NCBI GenBank assembly: GCA_012026655.1
Contig: JAAILG010003942.1
Location: forward strand, 1 to 43,475
Source: Hydrolagus affinis
Lineage: Eukaryota
Length of the DNA: 43,475 nucleotides
Direction of reading: 5' to 3'
Shown here: in pieces, positions 23,385 to 31,945 of the stretch
Layout of the letters: each line of letters starts with the position of its first letter
How positions within the stretch are numbered: position 1 is the stretch's first letter
Notes under the pieces: generated by a model
What the model saw: the letters and a program-made list of their open reading frames with translations, nothing else
Told to the model about the DNA's origin: nothing
Database searches by the model: none
Position numbers and translations under genes: made by a program

Positions 23385-23470
23385 AGGAAACAATGGTTTG
23401 CAGAAACTGGGATCTAATGTCTAAAACATTTTAGAAGCTAGATCCCAGTTTCTGCAAACCATTGTTTCCT
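23385..23470. repeat. Perfect 32-bp inverted repeat with a 22-nt spacer
   Basis: AGGAAACAATGGTTTGCAGAAACTGGGATCTA (23385-23416) is the exact reverse complement of 23439-23470. Confidence 0.97.
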
Positions 23471-23550
23471 TGTTTGCTATATTGTAAAATGCACTTCAAT
23501 GTTTAAAATACTGGAGGCAAAGGAGAACCTTTACGATCAGAAGTGACACT

Positions 23551-23556
23551 TTTATT
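23551..23556 (-). terminator. RAG2: Candidate RAG2 polyadenylation signal
   Basis: TTTATT on the + strand about 620 nt downstream of the RAG2 stop. A distal alternative lies at 23225-23230. Confidence 0.45.
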
Positions 23557-24177
23557 TCTTTTAAAATACAGTACTTGCACAACATGAGTACAATAGCAAC
23601 ATCTTAACACACACAGCACCAAAAGTAAAAACTTTCTTTCAAAAAGTTAGCACTGAATGATTAGATATTTTGCACCAATGCTAAATTCAAGGCAATAGCA
23701 CCAACATAATGCTGACTAAATTTGGCCCAAACCCCAAACAATTAAACCTTACAGTTAGATGATTTTCATTGTTTTCCCACTGAGAGAACATTTCAGATTT
23801 ATTGCATTGAAATAGGTCCCATTGCTCTTTGGATCCTGAGAATCTTATCCAATTCCTTATGCTAAACAGCGACTTTACTAGAAATTATGCTCAGTTTGCT
23901 TTAGTAAATAATGAAACAACACATATTTAAAGGTTCTCGTTTACATTAACATGTGGGATGTCATATGCAAATTACCCAATTTACAGTAATCCACAGGCCA
24001 TTTGTCTACAACCTACTACATGTACAATGCATAGACGTATGTTTAATTTCGAGTGCAGGTTAAGTGCTGAAGTAGGGTTCAGGAAACCGACAAATAATTC
24101 TAAACATCACTTTCAAACTTGCTCTGCTGTTGATTTATTTTTTAAGTGAAGCCATCCCACTGAACGAGTTCTCAATT

Positions 24178-25740
24178 TCATTCAAATAGTCTCTTCAGAA
24201 AGCTCTTCTTCATCGGCGTCTTCTTCAGACTGGCCGGCGACTTTTTACGCGGGGATTTCATTGGCGTCCGTTTCATTATCTTTATCTTCCTCTGCGGGGT
24301 TTCAAGTCCTTTCTCAATACAATGAACATTGCAAAAGTACTTGGTCTTCTCCTGAGAAAGCTGTATCAGCTCTATCTCTGAGAGACCCATACACTGGGCG
24401 TGTACCCAGTGCCCACCGCCTCCTCCACTGGAGCAGAAGATCATAGCCGGTTTATTGAGTTCTGTGGAGTAGTAAGGGACCCAAGTGTTGACGTTTATGC
24501 TACAGATTGCAATGCATTTAATCCAGTAACCTTCCTCATCACCATTATCCAAGTAAACTTCGTCGTCGCTATAATCATGGGTTTCAACGACAAAGCGAAA
24601 TTCTTCAGAATCTTCGAATGCGCTAGACTCCTCTGGATCAGTGAAGGATTCCTGGCTGGAAAGGATGCGTCTTCTCCCCTCTGGCTGTCCGAAAGTTGCA
24701 ATGTAAAAGTAATTTGCTTCAGCCATATCCGACTTGTTCTCCCCTGGAATGCCTATTAATACCGCTCGGTTTCCCATGTCACTGCCAAACCAACTTTTGC
24801 TGGCTCTGAGGTCACTGGTCCACGCTGGGGGTTCCTTGTCCAAGATCTGAATATTGTCGTTTTCAAGCCGGATGGTGTTACAAGCCATTCGCTTCTGAGT
24901 CTCCGATTCATAGCCCCCCAGAATTATAAACTCATTGCTGCCAGCCTGGGTCACGATGGCACTTGATACTGAGATGCCGTTGTTGAGGACTGTGCAGCTG
25001 ATACTCGGATGCGGGTCTGACAGATCGACCTGTAGGCTAAGCAGTCGTGGAGGACGGTGATTCATTCCTATGGAATGACCACCCAATATGTAGATAGTAT
25101 CATTTTTGGCTACCGACACGTGGAATGAAAACCCTTCATTGATCTCTGGAAGCACGTGGGAGGTGCAGTGGCTGGTGCTCAAATCTACCATGTATACATG
25201 AGGTGTGCAATCCACCACACTGTTCCAGTTCTCTGTGGTTCTTTGTCCAGGAGGTCGATAATATCTACCCCCAACCAAGATGCACATGGTTCGTCCCTTG
25301 CTCTGAACTACATTAATGGTGTGGCCATATCTTCCTTGGGGGGCATTTCCTTTAAGATCCTTTTCAATGCAACAGAGCGACGTTCTCTTACTACCGGTAT
25401 TGCTAACCATCATGAGGTACAGTAGATCAGACAACTCATTGTTCGGCATTCTGCCGCCGTGAATGAGGTAAAGAGGGCTTTTGGATTCCAAGGGATCTGA
25501 GTAATGAGTGATTGCTGGACAACGTAGTGGTGGCAGGTAACAGGAGTCACTGGAGAACGAAACCGCTTTGAGTTTCATGTCTTGACCATTGACGCGGAGC
25601 AGGAAGACTCCGGAGGAGCAGGATCTTTTCGGCCATCCTTTCTGGCCAAAAAGAAACACTTCGTCGTTGAAATTCATGAGCGAGAACCCGGGATGTATCA
25701 GTGCACCGTTGACGATGCCTGAAACCATTTGCAGGGCCAT
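24178..25740 (-). CDS. RAG2: V(D)J recombination-activating protein 2 (520 aa)
   Basis: MALQMV..PGFSL..FGQKGWPKRSC kelch core, acidic hinge FEDSEEF, PHD finger YW..C...C..PAMIFC..GHWVHAQC..CNVH, TPQR degron and KKSFLKRLF tail. Acceptor TTGCTTCCAG| lies 8 nt before the ATG. Confidence 0.99.
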   Translation of the reverse strand: MALQMVSGIVNGALIHPGFSLMNFNDEVFLFGQKGWPKRSCSSGVFLLRVNGQDMKLKAVSFSSDSCYLPPLRCPAITHYSDPLESKSPLYLIHGGRMPNNELSDLLYLMMVSNTGSKRTSLCCIEKDLKGNAPQGRYGHTINVVQSKGRTMCILVGGRYYRPPGQRTTENWNSVVDCTPHVYMVDLSTSHCTSHVLPEINEGFSFHVSVAKNDTIYILGGHSIGMNHRPPRLLSLQVDLSDPHPSISCTVLNNGISVSSAIVTQAGSNEFIILGGYESETQKRMACNTIRLENDNIQILDKEPPAWTSDLRASKSWFGSDMGNRAVLIGIPGENKSDMAEANYFYIATFGQPEGRRRILSSQESFTDPEESSAFEDSEEFRFVVETHDYSDDEVYLDNGDEEGYWIKCIAICSINVNTWVPYYSTELNKPAMIFCSSGGGGGHWVHAQCMGLSEIELIQLSQEKTKYFCNVHCIEKGLETPQRKIKIMKRTPMKSPRKKSPASLKKTPMKKSFLKRLFE

Positions 25741-25897
25741 TGTTGCCTCTGGAAGCAAGAGACATACAGACGTGATTAAAAAATGAGGTAAAAACAGACA
25801 AATTGAGCAAAAGACGGCAGGATATTTTGCAATCGGTCCGCCCTCAAGAAATTAAAAGATGTGTGTGTAGCCCAAAGCCCACCAAATACTAGCCATT

Positions 25898-25982
25898 AAG
25901 CGCTTTGAGATGTCGTCTCAACAAAGTGATTCGGTGCTATATCAAATGCAAGGATTGTTGTTATTATATTATTATCATTATC
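25898..25982 (+). mobile_element. SINE tail fragment
   Basis: GCGCTTTGAGATGTC..GCTATATCAAATGCAAGGATTGTTGTT. Confidence 0.75.
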
Positions 25983-26029
25983 ACAAAAATTAAGCCCCAG
26001 CCCACAGTGCAACCAGAGAGAGAGAAAAA

Positions 26030-26330
26030 AACACCCGCCCAATTGGGCGTGAGAAAACCCGCAAACCCGCCCAAGCCGTGCGACAGTGCGGTCCTGAGCG
26101 GGAGACCATAGCGGGCACCGCGTGGTCTGATGGGAATTGTAGTCAATGCGAAGGTGTGAGGAACGAGGCCTGGACTACATGTCCCGGCGAGCAGCGCGCC
26201 GGCCGGCTGGTTGCTAGGCAGCCGGGAGCAGCGAGAGGAGAGGGGGAGAGACAGAGGAGACACAGAGGGTGGAGGGGGGGGGGGAGTGAAGCCGCCATTA
26301 AAAGAAAACGAAATTAAATGAAACCCAAGG
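26030..26330. promoter_or_regulatory. IFTAP: CpG-rich IFTAP (NWC) promoter in the RAG2 intron, probably bidirectional
   Basis: CpG-dense; GC boxes CCCGCCC at 26034 and 26067; two oppositely oriented ZNF143 ACTACAnnTCCC motifs (26131-26144 on -, 26173-26187 on +); X-box GTTGCTAGGCAGC at 26210-26222. This position is established for the NWC promoter. Confidence 0.8.
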
Positions 26331-26383
26331 CAAGTTGATGTGATATCCAGCCGCTCGATAAACTGCAGGAGGGAGAGCTTTTT

Positions 26384-26463
26384 GCGTGTGTGTTTTTGTG
26401 TGTGGTGTTTCTTTGTGAGTGTGTGTGTTTCTGTGTGTGTGTGTTTCTGTGTGTGTGTTTGTG
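26384..26463. repeat. Imperfect (TG)n microsatellite
   Basis: Interrupted TG/TTTC runs. Confidence 0.9.
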
Positions 26464-26615
26464 TTTAAAAAGTGGGACACCCCTCCCCCCCCCCCCCAAA
26501 AAAAAATGGTGGAGACCCAGGCCCCATAGACATCCATCAAACCAAGCGTCTGGCCCACAACACAACATGACACACACACAAGACAAGGTCGATTCACTTT
26601 GTATTAGTGTGTTGT

Positions 26616-26970
26616 GGAGACTTGTAGCTCAGTGGTGAGAGCATTCGACTTATTAAAGACGTGAGACCTGTGATTCGAATCCAGGCAGGTCAGAGCGAAA
26701 CCTTGGGCAAGTTTCCTTACGACACACACACACACACCTGATAATAATTCCTCCAAAAAAACCCACAATAATAAAATTGGTCATTCCACGACTGTTTGTG
26801 GGGACACTGCTGTGGGCAATTGGCTGCCGCGTTTCGCCCACAAATATACAATCAATTCACTTTACAGTGAAACAATGACTGTCCAGCGTCTTGTGAAGTG
26901 TCATTTTGTTGTTGTTATTCTGTGAAGCGCTTTGAGATGTCTAATATCAAATGCAAGGATTATTATTGTT
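26616..26970 (+). mobile_element. Full-length tRNA-derived SINE with an internal (CA)n
   Basis: TAGCTCAGTGG, GATTCGAATCC, CCTTGGGCAAG, core and tail. Confidence 0.9.
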
Positions 26971-27109
26971 GATGGCATATTCCTGTCAAGCACTTCGAGG
27001 AGTCTCAACAAACCTACTCAGGGGGATTGGATTATAAGAGACGTTCTTATCAAATAATTTACCAGGATTTTATGAATGAATGAATTAATCAATACAATCA
27101 TAAATTAAA

Positions 27110-27310
27110 TAATAATAATCAATTGGATTTTTTTGTCAATCCACGGTTGTTTGTGAGGGACTCCTTCACTGTGCACAATCGGCGGCCGTGTTTCGCCCAC
27201 AACAATAATAGGTCCATTCACTTGACAGTATATTCTGTGAAGTGCTTTTGAGACGTCTGGAAGATGAGAAAAGCGCTATTATCAAATGCAAGGATTATTA
27301 TTGTTGTTGT
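27110..27310 (+). mobile_element. 5'-truncated SINE carrying an RSS-like variant core
   Basis: CCACGGTTGTTTGT..TGTGCACAATCGGCGGCCGTGTTTCGCCCAC..AAATGCAAGGATTATT. Confidence 0.85.
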
Positions 27311-28072
27311 GTAATCAGCCTTACAAGGATAGGAGGACAGAAAATGCAGGAGCAGAGAGGAAAATGAATGAATTGAATTATTTTTATATAAAAAGAGCTA
27401 AAAGCTGCCCGTACCACACTGCTAATAATCATAATAATAATAATGATCCTTACAGTTGATATGCCACCTTATCACTCCATTGCAACATCTCAAAGCATTT
27501 CACATCATATACTGTATAGTAAATTGGCTCGGGTGAAATGGGTCATTTGACAAGATTGTGGAAGGCTGGGAAGTGGCACTGCACTGAAAGGTTGGTATGA
27601 AAATATTGTCGAAATATCCAATGCAAACAGGAAAAAAGCATGTACATCTTTTTTACCCCTGTGGGTATGTTGTTGATGGATAAGGTTTGAAGGCACTGTA
27701 TAGGCTAGCAGGCCCTGGACTAACTGGTGACTAAACACTCGGGGATTGGGGGAGAGGTAAGTGGGTTCTCCTTGGAACTCCGCTGGCTCCAAGATGACAA
27801 TGATTGGGAAAGGACTATCAAAATCAAGTCAACCCTTTGTGATGCTCCCAATGGCCCAATTCCGGAGTCAGGCAGATCCCCGGTATTCCCAGTTACCGCT
27901 GATTATACACCAGACATGATGCCACCAATAACTTTGGATGAGGAAGTAATGTTGACTGGGACACTGGATGAAATTCTCTATTTGTTTGACTTTTCATATT
28001 CAACCGAAGGAACAGAACAAATAGATTAAACCCTTATCAGAAGGATGGCACCTTTAATAATATTTTTCTTAC

Positions 28073-28129
28073 ACAGTACTGCACTGAAGTATCACCCTGG
28101 AAAGCTTTCTACTCTGATCCAATGGAAGA
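28073..28129 (-). other. RAG2: Candidate RAG2 5' UTR internal exon (57 nt)
   Basis: Minus-strand acceptor GCCTTTTGTCAG| and donor TGT|GTAAGA, no ATG. Supported by splice signals only. Confidence 0.3.
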
Positions 28130-28716
28130 CTGACAAAAGGCATCTGGTTTGACTTGCGCGGAGCACAGCACTGACTTTATTAATTTTCAGCAAGTTCAGG
28201 TAATTGATGCATTATGTGTCTCTAAATTCGTCAAACACAACCACTTTATTAAATGACATGTAACATTAATTTTTATATTATTTTTAAACATGTCTTAACT
28301 TAACATGCTTTACATTTAATGTGCTTTACTCTTTCATCACTGTTAATATAAGAATGTAAAGGGTGTTTGCTAAATTATTTCAAAGAACCTTCGAAATGTT
28401 ACGCAATGAATCATTGCGTAACATTTGACATTTTATAGCTTGCAGTGAATGTCTGAAGATTGTGATCTTCTTAATTCCATTAGTGCTGCTCTCTGTTGTT
28501 ACATAACTGTGAGCACACGGGTTTGTCCAGTATTATTAATATACAAGTCTTTTGTCTGCCTTTTCTGCCTTTGATTTTTGCCATTATGCACCACCCTCTT
28601 GTGAACAATGTATTTCATTTCTCATTTGATTTTTCATCAGCTTGTGTGCTCCCCATAGATGAATTCTACATAAAGCTTTGAAAGTGGTTTCACCTTTACA
28701 AGAGAACACAATTATT

Positions 28717-28942
28717 AACCACGCTTTGGACCTACCTGCTGTGTTTCAGTGGCAAACCTAAAGTACAGTTCATTCAGGTGGGAGATCATAGAGGTACGAA
28801 ATAATGGTGCACCAAATAATGGTGTTAACCACCGGGCCACCTGCTCTGCTGAGTAATCGAATTTTCAAGTCTTGTTTACTTTGACAATAAGCCCTTTAAA
28901 GAATCTAGCTGGCTTCAAAAAACCACAGGAATGAAACACCTG
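28717..28942 (-). promoter_or_regulatory. RAG2: Candidate lymphoid RAG2 promoter and exon 1
   Basis: CAGGTG 28775, CACCTG 28838 and 28937; Runx AACCACA 28921 plus AACCAC 28717 and 28827; strong minus-strand donor CAG|GTAGGT (exon end 28736). Confidence 0.45.
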
Positions 28943-31469
28943 GTCTGATCCTTTATTCAGTAAAGCTGATGATAATGTTACCTCTTAATTTCTTGAACTG
29001 TATATGGATTTTCTGCAAGTTTAAACTTAAATTTTGAGATAAATGACCTGACTGACATTATTGTTCGCTTAAAAAACAACATAGAACCTCGTATCCTTAA
29101 TACTTGTGGATGGTTGACTGGAACAGCTAAACTACTGTTCGTGCAAGATAAGCAAGGAAGTTTGTATTAGGACTCGGGGATCAATACCTGACTCTTTATT
29201 GTGAAATGGATATTCTATATCCTCAGCATATATTAATATATGACCTTGTGGTGTCCTTGGGGTCCAATAGTTATGGAGTTGTTGTGGAATTGTTGTTTAC
29301 CAACATCACACCTTCCGCATCAATTCAAAGAGTAAGCAGTTGGTCACGACATCTCAGTTCACTCATCACTGAATGAATAACTTCTGATGTCAACATCACT
29401 CATATCTAAGATGACAAGAGAATCTAATATTGCAGCTGAAATTGACTAACATCATTTTTTTAATTCCAGTGATATAGCTTTGATTGGCAAAGTTAATTAC
29501 ATCCGTGCAGAGAAATGTTAGAGGTATATTGATTGGTACAATAGGGTAGCGCATTTCTTTCATTAATGCAATATGCACATGACAAATACGGCAATTTATG
29601 CACCAAGGAATGATATATTTCATAAAAAGGTGGTCTGGTTGGTTTTCTAGAAGGTTGAGATCAAATGAATTAAAAGTTCTTCACACAAGCATCTTGTGAT
29701 GATAAATGGTGTGGAGGGAGCGGAGAGAGAATCAATATAATCTGTGATTCATCTTATTTTAATATAGCTTTTGGAAATGCATATTATAGATTTGTAACAG
29801 AGAATATGGCACTATTTTTTAGGGAAAATCAAAATAGAAAAAAGGTATTTCCTGATATTTTGGGCATATATTGTGGTGTTTTGCTTTGTCACTGCTAATA
29901 GACTGTGTTAGATGTATTTCAAGCACTCTTCTCCCTTTCCACGGTAAATGTAATACCACTTCCAATGAACTTATCAGTAAATTAATCCATTTCTAATGCA
30001 GGGTTTCTCATATTTAAAACTTTTGTGCATACAGCACTATTTTTTTTAGTCAAAACTTATCAGAGATTTGTAGTTGTTAGCGTTTAAGGGTATACATAAA
30101 AAGGACATTGTCATGTAGCCCCACTTGTGTCATGCAGACTTACAGTTGTGTGTTTTGGATTACAACAATATGTAACTGGTAGTAAATTCTGTATTATCCT
30201 GGCTACTGAAGGAAAAAAAGTTCCGGAAAAATATCTAGAATCGTAGTTCATAAAGTACTGTGTCTTCAATTGAATACTGTAGTTTTTTTTCCTATTTTTT
30301 CAAATTGTTCCCACAAATATCTAACTTAATAGCAACCACACTTGCAATGACTCAGTGATAACATGTATAGATGAGGTGAGTTCACAGAAACTTTTTTTTT
30401 CCTGGATAAGCAGTCATGCCTATGCCTCAATTACATTAATTATAACATAAGGTCTATTGAATGGGTTGCTTTTGATAACATCCATTAAAATAACCTTTGT
30501 TCAATAGAGTTAAGTAAGTTTTATCCTGTAATTTGTCTGTTTAAACATTGGCTTACTAACAGGTAAATACAAATAGACACAACATTACGGCAGGTCATCC
30601 TTACCTCTAGTATGAAGATAATGTTGATATCTAATGGATCTCTTCAGGCAATGTTATCTGTACGCTTTAAGAGACTGAACTTGCTTGTAAGAATTAGAAG
30701 GTGAAACACTAGGTTAACGTGCAGCTTACAAACGATGTCGATGATCGTGAAAGTTTGCAGCTGGTATAGACAGTACCAAGCACTTCCCAGATGAGGGTAA
30801 CTGTTTGTCTGTGCACAACAAATGCAGCAGAGATGTGGTATGTTGTAAAGGTGCAAGATAACAAGGACACACTTGCTTACATCACTTAGTTTGCAATACC
30901 TTCCATATACAATGTTTATTATATTTGCAGTCTCCAAAAGGGTATAGCTCCCACTGGACAGCCCAAATTTTATTTGTCCATTGTTAATTTAATTATACAT
31001 CTGATTTAAATGTAATTTAAGCCATTAAAGTGTAAGACTCAAAAGTGTTTTCCTTGCATCTCATGTAGTTCCAAATTGTGAGGAATATAATGGGAGATAA
31101 AGATGTCATGCTATGACCAGGCTGCAATGATGGTACTTTTTTACAGCACAGATTTTATTCAGTATCTAGTCACTAAATCTAGTCACTAAATCATGCATTC
31201 AATTGATTCATCAATATAGTCTTAAACTGAGTACCAATGTATGTTCAGTTACATTCTAGTATCTGTACTAAAGGGTATTGATGGAAAAGACTTCAGGCAT
31301 CACTTGTGGATTCAAATGGAAATATCATTTTGCCTTAGTTCCCCAAATATAATCACCGCTAACTCTATACTTGCTCTATTGATTCATTTAATAATCATTT
31401 ATTAAATCTATCTTCCTGGAAGAGGACTGGAAATTGATGCTGAACAATTTCACAAGAGCCTGTGCTAGC

Positions 31470-31800
31470 TTCCCCCGACCTCTGACCCCCTAACCTCCTT
31501 CCAACCTGCCTGCTCGGTGGGCTCTGGCCTTCACATCCCCAGCCTCACCTGCTCTACCTTGGCATGTAGGCCTTCAGCCATTCTGCCCTCACCCTTTGGA
31601 ACTCCATCCAGCAACCCCCACCTAGCCCCATCCCTTGCCTCCTTCAAGACCCTCCTCGTTGACTGCTCTTGATCAACCTCATTCCACCCCCCCCACCCCA
31701 GCACTCCTTCAGTCACTCTCCCCAGTTCGGGTTCGTAATGCTGCCTGTCCAGTGCCTTGGGACATCCTCCCGACGTGAAAGGCAAATGTAATTTTGCTGC
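31470..31800 (+). mobile_element. L2 LINE 3' end
   Basis: RPSAILPSPF/AFSHSALTLWNSI-like coding remnant, CCTTCAAGACCCTCCTC, and tail GTGCCTTGGGACATCCTCCCGACGTGAAAGGC. Confidence 0.8.
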
Positions 31801-31851
31801 TGTTGTTTTTGTCTGTTACTCATTCAAGAGATTGAAGCCACTGCAGCAAAT

Positions 31852-31945
31852 AATAATAATCCTTGCATTTGATATAGCTCCTTATCACATCTTCTAGACA
31901 TCTCAAAGTACGTCACAGAATGTTACAGTAAAGTGAATTGACTTC
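31852..31945 (-). mobile_element. SINE tail fragment
   Basis: AATAATAATCCTTGCATTTGATATAG..GACATCTCAAAG. Further tails lie near 32290-32352 (+), 33702-33760 (-) and 38130-38220 (-). Confidence 0.75.

Noticed and set aside
26003-26034. Perfect heptamer CACAGTG followed by an A-tract, 260 bp from the RAG2 ATG
   Set aside because: No acceptable nonamer at 12 or 23 nt (best 7/9 at 17 nt), and the orientation is wrong for a right-end TIR.
14000-28000. Intact or active RAG transposon (ProtoRAG/Transib)
   Set aside because: No paired TIRs with a 5-bp TSD were found. RAG1 has the domestication residues, RAG2 has the hinge and PHD, and IFTAP synteny is that of the host locus.
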